The notes beneath the pieces were generated by a model. That model saw nothing but the letters and a program-made list of their open reading frames with translations, made no database searches and was not told the origin of the DNA. From NCBI RefSeq assembly GCF_009914755.1, contig NC_060934.1: a DNA stretch of 64,000 bases. One strand, 5' to 3'. The DNA is from the human T2T-CHM13v2.0 reference genome, Homo sapiens. Positions 13,008-26,336 of this stretch are shown in pieces (position 1 is the stretch's first letter; every line of letters begins with the position of its first letter). A program made the translations under genes and the position numbers.

Positions 13008-13869
13008 GAACTGAACTCTGTTTATGAAAAATGCGTACTTGAAAATCTGAGAAGATACAGGCTTGACTACTAAATTCCAGGTCAAGTACATCTAACTATA
13101 ACACATCTAATTTCATGTCATAAATCTCTACGTAGAAGGTTTTAGTTAAATACAAGGGTTTTTTGTTGTTGTTTCTACAGTGATTATCAGGTGCTTTATG
13201 AAATAGTTTTTCTGACATTTAAGGAAAATGGTGAGTCCCATGGCCCAGTAAATCAAACTAGTATTTCTCATCCTTTCTTTCCTTAGCTGCTACCATAATT
13301 CTAGTCTTCAGTTCCACTGGCTGTAGGTAATAAAGGCAATTCTTCCTGGAAGGTGTCAGTGGCAAAAGAAGGATAGAATATCTGCTTAACTGACATAAAA
13401 TGTGTTTTTTTTTTTTACTATTTTAATGGAAATAGATTGGGTTGAACCCCTTATCCCACATTCTCACTAAAATATCTGTATATTTTACATCTCAGTAACA
13501 TTTTACCTCCCGTATTTTTGTTTCATTGTTTTTCTGTAGCAACTCTTCGTGTAAATTAACCAGTGTTCATGGGTTTTCCCTGAAACAATTCACTTGACTG
13601 AAGATGTTAAGATGATAAGTTTGTTTCATCATGCAGCATAATACAAATGTAAAGGTGAATATTAGGCAACACTGTATTTAAAAATCCTTTAGCTTCCAAC
13701 TGAAAGTTATCACCAGCCACCATTTTGCAAGATCCTAACCTGGTTATTTTGCTAGAACTCCCCTCTTCAACTTAATTCTCTTTCAATTTTCCTATACAGA
13801 CCACTTTATCTCTGTACACTGTATTCTTTTGGATGTAGTCCTTCATTAATGTGTTTGCAAAATCAAATG

Positions 13870-14354
13870 CCCCAATACAATTCCAGGGTGTTGTTCTAGG
13901 TCCCATTTCTCACCAAACAGAAAGGCAATCACTGTGACAAAAATTGCCAGGGAAGAAATCTTTACTTGGATGCTACAGCTGAGACAATGGTGATGGGAGG
14001 TCAATCTCAAATCCATCTCCTGAAGAGGCTAAAACTAGGGAAGGAATGTAACTACATGTGGGGAAAAAAGAATTAGGGACAGGTAAGGAAGAGGAGTTGG
14101 CAACAGGAAGCAGGTGGTCAGTTAGGCCATCAAGACTAGTGAGGCGTCTTGTGTCTCATTGTTCAGATATGGTGATCTGGTCAGTTTCATTTTCTTGGTA
14201 CTATCTGGAAGCCCTGACGGTTGGTTTCCTAAGAAAAGAACTTAGATAAGACAAATGGAACTTTTTCAAGTTTTAAGGCTGGCTGAGTCAATTTCTATGT
14301 TTATTCAAAAGAAACCATAAACATTAGTTCGGTGGGGCAATTGGGCTAGTTTCA
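13870..14354 (-). mobile_element. LOR1 solo LTR (ERV1)
   Basis: Reverse complement aligns to the LTRs at 45622 and 54466 (tttctatgtttattcaaaagaaaccataaacattagttc...caattgggctagtttca); left boundary approximate. Confidence 0.87.
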
Positions 14355-15289
14355 ATACCAGGACTAAACATTGCCAGAAGAACTGGCAAATATTTTGGAA
14401 TGTAAGTACATTTTTGACCCTAAGTCCCCAAACACTTAGAAAGTAGCAGTGACTTTAATCACTTTTCATATAATTATCCTTACTCTCCTATTATAAGAAT
14501 ATTTCCTGCCAATTTTGTAGGAGGAAACTGTATCAGCCTGGAAAAATATGGTTTTTCTGTGATCCCTCTGATCTCATGTGCTCATTACTGGAGTACATAT
14601 TCTCAAAATTGTATAAAGTGTGTGGTCCCATTGTTTCCCCAACAAGATCCAGATATGAAGACAACCTGTTCCCTTTCCATCTATCACACTGTGAATATTC
14701 AAAAACCTATAAGATCCTTAAAACATTTAGAAGACAAAATTATGTTAATAATATCACTGATAGCGTTTGCAAGGGAACTCTAGGAAGTAAGAGGCCATTT
14801 TCCCTGGGGCTTAAAATTACATTATTTTTATGTAGAGGTCAAGTTCTGAAAGGCAATAAAGCTTTTAATTACAATTCCCCTGAACCACAAGGTGGAAAAA
14901 GGTATAACTGCCTCAGAGACCACTAGGAAGGCACTAATGAATGATAATGTATTCTCAGCAGTCAGAAAGAGCAGCCAACTCTGAGATAATGTGTTACAAC
15001 TTCTGTAGCTTTTGCAAACACATAGGAAAGGTTTTGTTAATTTGTAGAATACTTGAAGTACCATTTTAAATATATTTGATAAATTACATTTTACTAGAGA
15101 TCTGACACAAGAGAATATTAGCTATAAGCTGCATATTAAGTATGTACATATTAATCTAAGCATAATCACTGTAAGTTCTGACCCATTCATGGGCAAGGAA
15201 TGAAGTTACTGCTTTTTGAACAAAATACAATATTTTGCAAGTAAGGTAGAAGGTAAGGTAGTATAATTACCAACATGTATCTCACATAG

Positions 15290-15647
15290 TGGCATGGTTT
15301 GGTTGTGGCCCCACCCAAATCTCATCTTGAATTGTAGCTCCCATTATCCACAAGTGTCATGGGAAGGAACCAGTGGGAGGTAACTGAATCATGGGGGTGG
15401 ATTTTCCCCACGCTATTCTCATGACAGTGAATAAGTCTCATGAGATCTGATGGTTTTATAAAGGGCAGTTTTCCTGCACACATTCTTCTGCCTGCTTCCA
15501 TGTAAGACGCGTCTTTGCTCCTCCTTGACCTTCTGCCATGATTGTGAGGCCTCTACAGCCATGTGAAACTGTGAATCCATTAAAACTGTTTATAAATTAC
15601 TCAGTCTTAGTGGTTTCTTCATAACAGTATGAAAATGGACTAATATG
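15290..15647 (+). mobile_element. THE1C-like solo LTR
   Basis: tggcatggtttggttgtggccccacccaaatctc...ggactaatatg; perfect TSD CATAG at 15285-15289 and 15648-15652. Confidence 0.92.
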
Positions 15648-15676
15648 CATAGTATGGTTTTGTGAAACTTTGCTTC

Positions 15677-15700
15677 ATATATATATATATATATATATAT
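15677..15700. repeat. (AT)n microsatellite
   Basis: Direct read. Confidence 0.95.
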
Positions 15701-16395
15701 GTTGGGTATATGTGGATTAGCTTGCTATGTCTTTGAAAAGCCACATTAATTTTTTTTCATAAGAAAACCACATTTAATTTGAAACATTTCCTCACTGGGG
15801 TAATCCTGATTAAAAACAACCTTTTCTGTGAATCTAAAATAAAATAAACTAATTAATATGAAAACACATAGCTTAACTCTTCATGTAGTTTACTCATGAA
15901 AAACAATACCAAAATCATTAATATCACATAGATACCCACACACTCATATATATGCACACATATAATATATTATGTAAGTGTATATTATATATGCAGCACA
16001 TATTATATAATACATAATTATATAATAGACCTTATATAATAAATGCATATTAGATATTCATTTATTGTACACACATAAATATATCATATATATTAGTATT
16101 AAATGGGAACAAGTAAAACTGAAATATAAATCACTAATCATACAGAATATTCTATAGGAACATGGTCAACAGCATTCAAGTAACTACTTAGACTTCAGTT
16201 TTGCTGAATTGAGAATGCAGGCTAAGAACAGAAGCTGGATTACTAAGTAATTTTTTTAAAAAAATATTGTTTTCAGCATGGTAGGGAGAAAAGATAGCAG
16301 CAAGGTAAAAAAAATCTGGAAAGAATAGCTAGTTTCTGTTTTTGTTTATTTATTTTATTTTATTTTTATAGCTTTATCAAGCCATAATTGACATA

Positions 16396-17340
16396 GAGTC
16401 ATGCACTCCTTAAACATGGGGATATATTCTGAGAAACGTATGGTTAGGTGATTTGTTCACTGAACATCCTAGAATGCACTTACATAAACCTAGATGGTAT
16501 ACCCTACTGCATATCTAGGTTACATGGTATAGCCTATTGCTTCTAGGCTACCAACTTATACAGTATGTTACTCTACTGAATACTATAGGCAATTATAACA
16601 AAATGGTAAGTAATAATGGTTTGGCTGTGTACCCACCCAAATCTCATCTTGAATTACAGCTCCCATAATTCCCACTTGTTGTGGGAGAGGCACAGTGGGA
16701 GATCATTGAATCATGGGGGCAGTTTCTCCCATACTGTTCTCATGGTAGTGAATAAGTCTCATGAGATCTGATGTTTTTATAAGTGGTTTCCCCTTTCACT
16801 TGGCTTTCATTCTCTTTCCTGCTGCCATGAAAGACATGCCTTTCATCTTCCACCATGATTGTGAGGCCTTCCCAGCCACGTGGAACTGTGAGTCCATGTT
16901 ACCTGTGTTTTCTTTATAAATTACCCAGCCTCAGGTATATCTTTATCAGCAGCATGAAAATGAACTAATACAGTAAGTAGTTGTGTATCTAAAAATATCT
17001 AAACATAGAAAAGGTCCAGTAAAAATTCACTATGAAAGATAAAAAATGGTACACCTGTATAGGGCAATTACCATGAGTGCAGGCTGCAGGACTGGTGTTA
17101 CTTTGGATGAGTCTGTGAGTGATGAGTGAATGTGAAGGCCTAGGACATCACTATTACTCAGCTTTAGACTTTATAAATGCTGTATATTTAGTCTACACTA
17201 AATGTATAAAAAAACTACAATGTTACAGTGGCTACAAAGTCACTAGGCTATAGGAATTTTTGAGCTCCACTATAATCTTATGGGATCAACTTCATATATG
17301 TGGTGAGTCATTGACTGAAACATTACATTATGCATAACTG
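16396..17340 (+). mobile_element. Tigger3 (MER7; Tigger3c-sized) non-autonomous DNA transposon
   Basis: TA then (g)agtcatgc ... gcataactg terminal inverted repeats; internal aaacctagatggtata, aaacatagaaaagg motifs; about 580 bp once the THE1B is removed. Confidence 0.87.
16611..16972 (+). mobile_element. THE1B-like solo LTR inside Tigger3
   Basis: atggtttggctgtgtacccacccaaatctc...gaactaataca; perfect TSD GTAAG at 16606-16610 and 16973-16977. Confidence 0.93.
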
Positions 17341-17748
17341 TGTATTAAATTGCACATATTTTAAGAGTACCACTGGATAGGTGTTGAGATACACACATGC
17401 ACACACACATGAAACCATCACCACCATCAAGGTAATTGAAGTAATCATCAGCTCCAAAGTTTCCTTGTACTCCTTTGTAATTCCTCTTTCCCTTTCTTTT
17501 GCCAATGTAACAGTATTGATTTTTTTATAATTACATATAAATAAAAGTATAAATTATGTATATTTTGGCTTCTTTCACTTAACATAATTATTGGGAGGCT
17601 AATTTACACTTGTGTAGAAATATCCAGCTCATATATTTTACTTCTGAGTAGTATTCCATTGTATTTCTTTACCTGATGATAGATATTTGGGTTGTTTCCA
17701 TTTTCTGGGTATTACAAATAAAATTGTTATGAACCTTCCTATATAAGC

Positions 17749-18131
17749 TGTGTTAGTTTTCCAGGGATGCTATAACAAAATACTGCAGACTGAATGCTTT
17801 GAATAACAGAAATGTATTTCCTTACAGTTCTGGAGTCTAGAAGCTCAAGACCATGGTGGGAGCAGTTGTGATTTTTTCTGAGGCCTATTTCCTCAACTTG
17901 GGGACAGTTATCTTTTTGCTGTGTCCTCACATGGACTTTCTTCTGTGTGTGCACCTCACTGGCATCACCCTATGTGCTCAGTGTCCTCATAGAACACAAC
18001 AGTCAAATTTAAGTAGGATCTACCCTAATGCCTTCATTTTACCTTGTCTCCAAATACAGTCAGACTCTAAGGTATTGGGGGTTATAGTTTTAACATACGC
18101 ATTTTGGGGAGTCACAACACAACCTATAACA
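17749..18131 (-). mobile_element. MLT1 (MLT1B-like) solo LTR
   Basis: tgtgttagttttccagggatgctataacaaaatac...aacagaaatgtatttccttacagttctggag...aacctataaca; near-TSD taagc/taacc. Confidence 0.85.
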
Positions 18132-18399
18132 TAACCATTTATGACCATTTGCATTATTTCTTACACTTATACATACATATAGGAATGGAAAGCCTGGGCT
18201 TAATGGTAGACGTATATATGTACATAACTGTTCATTAAACTGCTAATCTGTATTCCAACGTGGCATATTATTTCCACCAGCATCCCACTGTCTACTTATT
18301 ATATCAATTAGTAAGAGACAGGAGTAGAAATGTTCAATGCAAAATTTGGCTTTGTCATTGTTTCCCTGCAGTTCTAACAGATGTTGTTTCATTATTGTT

Positions 18400-19970
18400 A
18401 ACATGGTATATAATTTCATATCCTTTTATTACAATCTATTTGTCTTGGTATTCACCTTCATTTTTGAAAGATATTTTTACAGACTATGGTTTATAGATTG
18501 ACATTTTTTTTTTTCTTTTCAGGATTCTAAAGATGCTTCTTGGCAGTCTCCTACCTTGTATTGTTCCAGATGAGACATCTGCTGTTGTCTTTGACTGCTT
18601 TATTCAGACTGCTTTTAAGTTTTAACTTTTATCTTTGGCTTTGAAAATTTTTATTATGATGTGTCTTACTGAAGTTTTCTTCATGTTTTTCTCATGCTTG
18701 GGATTTGTTGAGCTTCTTGAATCTGCCCGTGTGTAGAGTCTGTCGAATCTGGAAATTTGCAGCCATTGTGTCATAAAATACTTTCCCTTCCTCTTTCAAG
18801 AATATCAATCACACATAGCCATTTGACATTGTCCCATAGCTCATGGATGCTCTGTTTATTTTGGCTTAGTTTATTTTTTCTCTGTGTGTTTCATTTCAGA
18901 TAGTTTTTATTGTTCTATCTTCAACATCTCTAGCCTTTTCTTCAAACGTGTTTATTTTTTTGTTAATCTGTTAATCCTATCCAGTATATTTTTCATATTA
19001 GACATTGCATTCCTTTTTCATATATTCCATGGCTCTATTTATCATGCTCATAATTTATCTTCATGTACATTTAGAATGTAATAACATTTTATTGTCCTTG
19101 CTATTAATTCTATCATATCTGTAACTCTGAGGTCTGTTTCTATTATTTTTTTTTTTACTACTTAATGGGTCACAATTTCTTGCTTTTTAAAATACCTAGT
19201 AATGTTTCATTGGAATATTAGACATTATACATTTTACCTGGTTACATGATAAATGTCTTTCTGTTTCTTCAGATATTCTTGAATGTTGTGCTAGGAGAGA
19301 GGCACATTACTTGGAAGCAGTGTGATCCTTTTTGGTATGGCTTTTTTTATTTATAAGCTGTGTTAAGAGCAGAACTCAGTAGCAGGACTAATTATTTCCC
19401 ACTACTAAGTCAGACTCCGTCTGAATACTCCAACCAATGTAGAATTTTTCCATTCTGTGAATTAATTTTCCACCCTGGCCAGTTAGAATATAAATTATTC
19501 TTAGTCCTATGTGAATGTTGAGATGATTTCTCTGTTCTTTTCAGGTTCTTTCCATAGCCTCAGGTAGTTTCCTTAGATGTCTGTGCCAATCAACATTCAA
19601 CTGCAGACTTAAGGAAGACTCTGCAAATCTCATGGTCTGCCCCTTTGTACAGATGTTTTCTCGCCAGTATTCTGTGATATGAATTCTAGCTGCCTTAGAC
19701 TTACCAGTCACCTACTTTTGCCTCCTAAACTCAGAGATACCTTCATGCTTCACCTGGATTACCTCTGAAAAGTAGCTCAAAAGTATCTTCAGGCTATAAT
19801 CCAGCATAATCACAGTGTTCACTTCATTTGTCTCTCCTCTCTAAAGGAACACTGTTCTGATAACCAATATATGAAAATGTGTTTTAACTAACTTCATTTC
19901 ATTTTGTAGTTGTTTCAGTCAGATAGGAAAATATAGACTCTATTACTCTATCCTGGCTTAAAATGAAAAT
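18400..19970 (-). mobile_element. Old L1M 5'/ORF1-region remnant
   Basis: ttcaccttcatttttgaaagatattttt, gagcttcttgaatctg and cccatagctcatggatgctctg motifs of antisense L1M; boundaries approximate. Confidence 0.7.
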
Positions 19971-20025
19971 TCCCCAGAGATGTTCCAATTATTTGAAGAA
20001 ATTTTTGTTGTCTTTTTGCAAGCCT

Positions 20026-21615
20026 TCCTATGGTTTGAATACTTGTGTCCCTCCAAAATTCATGCTGAAATGTAATCTCCAATGCAACATTATTAAGAAA
20101 TGAGTCCTTAGGAGATGATTAGGCCAGGAGGGCTTTGTCCTCCTGGATTGGATTAGTACCTGAAGAGAATTAGCTAGGCCCTTTTGTCTTTCTGTCCCTT
20201 CTGCCATGCAAGTACACAGTGGCCCTCACTGGACACTGAACCTGCTAGTACCTTTATCTTGGATGTTCAGCCTCCAGAATTGTGAAAAATAAATTTCTGT
20301 TTATATAAATTACCCTGGATTCTGATATTTTGTTATTGCAGCACAAATGAACTAATACATAAATTGGTACCAAGAAGTTAGGTATTTCTATAATAAACAC
20401 CTAGAAAAATGAAAGCAGCTTTGGAACTGGGTGATAGCTACAGGTTGAACCATAAAGTGCTATCTTGGGGAGAGCTCAGAAGAAAAGGAAAGCTGTAAAG
20501 AAAGCCAGAGATTAAGTGGCTGTGATTAGAACATTGGTGAAAATGTGAAGACAATTCTGATAAAGTCTCAGGTGAAAATGAGAAACAAAGTACAGTAGTC
20601 TTTTATCTGTAGATTTTTTTCTGCAGTTTCATTTACCCATGGTTAACTTTGGTTTGGAAATATTAAATGGAAAATTCCCTTAAAAAAAAACTATAAGTTT
20701 TAAATTGGTTACCATTGTGAGTAGCATAATAAAATCTCTTGCCATCCTGCTCCATGTTCCATCCTACCCTGGATGGAATCATCACTTTCTACACAGTATC
20801 CACACTACCTTTGCTACCTGCCTGTTAGTAACTTAGTCACTCTGATTTGTCTCAAAAATTATTCACAGGCCTCAAGATTTAAAGTTGTTTTCCTTGTGGG
20901 GTTTTAGACTTCCTTGGGACCTGTTACTGCTTTCTCTATTACTAATTCTTCCTTTTGAAATAAAAATATTTATCATATGTTTGTTCCACCATTGAGTTTT
21001 GGAAATACCTAACTTGTTTGATTTCACAGGTTCACAGCAGAAGAGCAAATTCCTCAGAATGAATTGTGCCTTGAGCCAAACCCATATCTAATTTAGATGA
21101 GACTCTAGACTTTAGGATTTTGAGTTGGACCTGGAATGAGTTAAGACTTTTGGAGTTAATGAGATGGAATGACTGTATTTTGTACATTAGAAGGATGTAA
21201 ATTTTGGGGGTCAAGAGGTGGAATGTTATAGTTTTAATGTTTGTGTCCCCTCCCAAATTCATGTTGAGACTTAATTCCTAAGGCAATAGTTTTAAGAGGT
21301 GGGGCCTTAAGGAGGTTCTTAGGTTATGAGAGCAAGCCATCATGGTTGGATCAGGGCCACATGAAATGGCTGAGGGAACTGGATGGGTCCTTTTGTCCTT
21401 CCATCCCTTCTACCATGTAAGAACACAGCATTTCTCCCTGCAGGGACATGTCAAAAAAATGCCATCTTGAAAGTACAGCCTGGGCCCTTACTGGACAACA
21501 AGCCTGCTAGCACCCTAATTTCAGCTTCCAGTCTCCAGAACAGTAAGAAATAAATTTCTCTTCTGTATAAATTACCCATCTAAGGTATTTTGTTGTAGCA
21601 GCATAAACAAAGATG
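20026..21615 (+). mobile_element. MSTD-like MaLR element: 5' LTR 20026-20359, heavily deleted internal region, 3' LTR 21224-21615
   Basis: Two homologous LTRs (tgtgtccc..aaattcatg.tga...aaattaccc...ttttgtt); internal start taaattggtaccaag; purine tract gggggtcaagaggtggaa before the 3' LTR. Confidence 0.83.
20593..20840 (+). mobile_element. MER44 (Tigger7-derived) fragment, left end only
   Basis: TA then cagtagtc..., aaatattaaatggaaaattcc, ataagttttaaattg, gctacctgcctgttagtaacttagt. Confidence 0.78.
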
Positions 21616-21739
21616 GCAGTACAATGTAAAATCTTTCATATCTTCCCATGAAATCTTCAGTAGAATAATCAGTTAATAACAAAGTGTGAAACGTATTTTG
21701 GCAAGACACAGACACTCTTCCTCCCACTTCAATAACTAG

Positions 21740-21832
21740 AATACAGATGTAAACTTCAAATTAATTTGCGTATCACCAGAATCTACAACTATATTTGGCA
21801 TATAGTAAACACTTAATAAATAATTGATGTAT
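21740..21832 (+). mobile_element. L2 3'-end fragment
   Basis: tttggcatatagtaaacacttaataaataattgatg. Confidence 0.6.
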
Positions 21833-22150
21833 AATGTAAAGGCAGCCATGGCTAAGAACTAAATATTCCCATACGTATATATAAACTCAAGTTTTCAGTT
21901 TAGTATAGATTTCTAAATATAATTTGTCATTAAGTTCTCTGGTTTAGAGTAATTAAGAAAATGTTAACACTTTCTATATCTACATTTGGTATACCTGTAG
22001 AGTTAATTATACCCCACCTTCCCCAGGCAGGACACTGTCGATTCCCTGATGTCATTAACTACGGATACAAACACAATCAAGAAGGAAAACTTGATAGGCA
22101 TTCTGAGAAATTGCTTTAGCCGTAGACTGTTAGAACCACTCTCCCATCTA

Positions 22151-22942
<792 letters not shown>

Positions 22943-24086
22943 TCAGAGATTTTTACCTAGCAAATACACTCCTTAGAATTATTTTATAAAAAAGAATGAG
23001 GTATTATTATGAAATATTTAATAACAGTGATAAGTTAAACTTACAAGAATAACAATGATATAATATTATTAAATTATTAAAATTATAATGATGAATGCTT
23101 TGTGGCCACATGGAAATGGTTATGATTAATAAAGTAAAAATATAGAGAATACAAAAATCAATCTATGATGCTATGTGAAAATGTGTGTGAACATGAATAA
23201 GGATTGGAAAAGGAATGCAGAATAATAAAAACACCTGGTTTGTTAATGTGGCTACATTGTGAATAATTCTTTACAAACACACATATTTAGAGAAGAAGTT
23301 GCTATGCAAAAGGCTGTGTGCAGATCAAGTGTATATGTTAAGGCTAGGTTTAATGTGGGTTATATTTATAGATATGGAAAATCAGTTTTCATTCCTTGAA
23401 ACCTCTCTCAAATTAATTCCTTATATATACCATTAGAGATTAAATTTTTTAGGTTGCATAAAAATATGCACATTTGTAACCCAAGGGTGTTTTAATTTGC
23501 ATCTGTGCTTGTTGCAGAAGCAACACTGGTAATTTGCTACTATTTTGTGCAGTTAGCTCTTAAGGGCTTTGGAATCTTTATTTTTGCTCCCACTTTAGAA
23601 TGCCCTAATCATGCCTGCTTGCAGTAGTTTCAGAATTGGCTCAATACTAGTGTAGAAAACAAGGGTGACTGATCAAGCTTCATTATTGCTTACATGAGCA
23701 GACAACTGAAGTGACAGAATTAGGACTAATTTAAATGAAACATGTGCCTTGTCTCATGTGAAGAAAATGTAAGGCTTACTGACATCATGACAGTTAAAAT
23801 TATCTAAGGGAGTTGAAGCTAGATCTGGAAAAAGAAACAACCTCTATCATGGAATAAATAACCCAAATAGTGGTAAACATATACACAATACACAACCACA
23901 CACACACTATGTATTTGTAAGAGCAAAAGAATTATCTCTAATCATTAAACTCATATCTCTAAAAATCTAAAATTAAAAAGTAATTTCCCAAATGTAGATA
24001 AGTATACTACTTGTGCCTTTATTTACTAAATCAGGAAATAAAGCAAATAGGCTAAATGATCTTATACTGGAGACTCTCATACTAGC

Positions 24087-24106
24087 CCTCTCTCTCTCTC
24101 CTTCCT

Positions 24107-24148
<42 letters not shown>

Positions 24149-24185
24149 ACACACACACACATACAGACACACACACACACATACA
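24087..24185. repeat. Compound (CT)n-(CA)n microsatellite
   Basis: Direct read. Confidence 0.95.
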
Positions 24186-24319
24186 GATAATATAGGCACA
24201 ATGGCACAGCCTAGGAGACTAAAGCAAATGTCTTTCCAATTAAGATAATATATGGTAATTTAACAGTCTTTGACAAAACTCAGTGAACACAAAGAAGCTA
24301 AAGAAGTATTATACAACTG

Positions 24320-24560
24320 AGCATACTATCCTCCACTAAGAAAACTCCTTTTACATTGATACTTCATGTCTATAAAAAATTTAAATATATTAATGGCAAA
24401 TAATGTAATATACATGATATATGTATGCATATAATTTAGCATACTATGCTTCACTAAGAAAGCTCTATTTACGTTGATACTTTATGTCCATAAAAAATTT
24501 AAATATATTAATGGCAAATAATTCATGTAATATACATGAACGTGTGTGTATATATGTATA
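24320..24560. repeat. Tandem duplication, period 118 bp
   Basis: agcatactat...ataaaaaatttaaatatattaatggcaaataat...gtaatatacatga starts at 24320 and 24438. Confidence 0.92.
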
Positions 24561-25324
24561 TAATAGAAATGTATAGATATATAATATACATATATACTTG
24601 GAAATTATTTTTATATTCAGGCAATGCATAAAAAATATTTCCATTTACCTTTTTACTTTCTTAACATTGAAATTCCCTGGCCTTCTCTTCTTAATGAAAT
24701 GATTCTTTTGATCTCAGTAAAATAAATATATATTTCCATGAAAACCCTTCAGAGTTGTAAAAGGTTGAATAAGTTCAGAATTCTGAGCAGCCATCAAGGG
24801 CATATCCTTTGATACAGTTTGCCCTTACCATGTAATGTGGTGTCCCAGAAATAATAAAGTTAACATTGTCCTGTTAATGCATATAGAAAGTAGACATGAA
24901 TTTTAGAGAACTTTTTCATGCATATTTATTTGGGTTTAAGGTAAATCCTAATTATTATTTTTATAGAGGATTTCAAGAATTGATAAGTTTCCATAACATA
25001 CTTAGAGGTGTGCAGTGTCATAAATATAGCAAAGTAAGACCTCAGGTCAAGTCCTACAGGGCAAGCAAAACACACATCTTCTCAGCTACTAGCTTTTCTA
25101 TTGGACACACCCTAAAAGTGACTAATTTCATCAGTGAACACCTTGAGCACTTTCTACATGCTGAGCTTTCGGTGTGTAAAATTAGAAATATCTCCAATAT
25201 ATTCTCATTTGGTCTATTTGCTTTCTGTTATCCCATATCTTGATTATTTGAGAAATGCTTTTCCTATTAGATTTTCGAAGATATTAATGTAGTCATTAGG
25301 TGCCTATAGCAGATATTCTTGAGG

Positions 25325-25480
25325 TCACTCCTTGATACCTGTGTGATCTTTCACAAGTTACTTAAACCTTCTGTGTTTCAACTACCTAATTTAGGTAACT
25401 CTTTAATACAGATGTAAAGAAAAGAGTGTGTATGCATAGTCTAGAAGAGTTGCTGGCACATAATAAGGACTTAATATTTT
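25325..25480 (+). mobile_element. MIR fragment
   Basis: ctgtgtgatctttcacaagttacttaaacct...tgctggcacataataag. Confidence 0.6.
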
Positions 25481-26336
25481 ATTGATATTTCTTTCCATAT
25501 TGTTGTTAGTGTTTTGCGGAACCGTAGATGTGTGAACTGACTGTTAATATGGTGTGTGATATATAAATCATGTAGGGAGGTAGAAGAGCTCATAGCAGTA
25601 ACAACTAACAGACAAGGTAGATGGAGTGATGAGAAGTGGTGGTGGCAGAGAAGGCTTTCTAGGAGAGGTGACTTTTGAGATAAACATTAAAGATAACTAG
25701 AAGTTAGTAAGGTAAATGAGGCAGAAAGAGAGAGACTTCTAAAAAGTAAGGTCACAAAGTCTCTTAGTTAAGTGAGATATATCATATGATAATACGGTAT
25801 TTGTATGATAATTGAATTGAAAGTTTAGTATGGCCGGGAAAACACTGTAGAATAGAAAAAAGGAAAGTGTCAAGGAAACAATAAGGCTATATCATAAATT
25901 ACTATGAAATTTATGTAACTTGTAAATTAGCACACTGGGGAATCCCTGAATGACTAAAATTGGTTATACTGTCAGTTATGAATTTTAGAACGCAAGTTTT
26001 TTTTGAAATTTTATTGTCCTTAAGTTGAAGTGTAGTGTCTATGGTAATTCTGTTTACCCTGAACCATTTCTTCCATCCTTAAGTGTATCATGGAATTTTA
26101 AAAGTGTATGAAAACAACTGGTTACCTGGAATTGAGCAATCTCTCAGCCTAGCAATTATCTTTTCAAAATTATGAGAAAATTTCATCAGTTCACTAAATT
26201 ACTAATATTGATATTTGAGGAATTAGAGTAAAAGTTGTAGAAGATGAGAAAATGACAAATATTAATTTCAAAGAAAGAAAACAAAATATCAGATATAGTC
26301 TTAAAATCAATCTCAAGATTGGTTCTAGAACTATTG

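Larger units (their letters stand above)
16350..18285 (-). mobile_element. Old L1 (L1ME/L1MB-type) 3' end, interrupted by Tigger3, THE1B and MLT1
   Basis: atagctttatcaagccataattgaca ... aaattgcacatattttaag, catgaaaccatcaccaccatcaag, gagtagtattccattg, tttgggttgtttcca. Confidence 0.75.

Noticed and set aside
15940-16095. TA-rich stretch with local symmetry
   Set aside because: Low-complexity decayed (TA)n sequence; the symmetry is compositional
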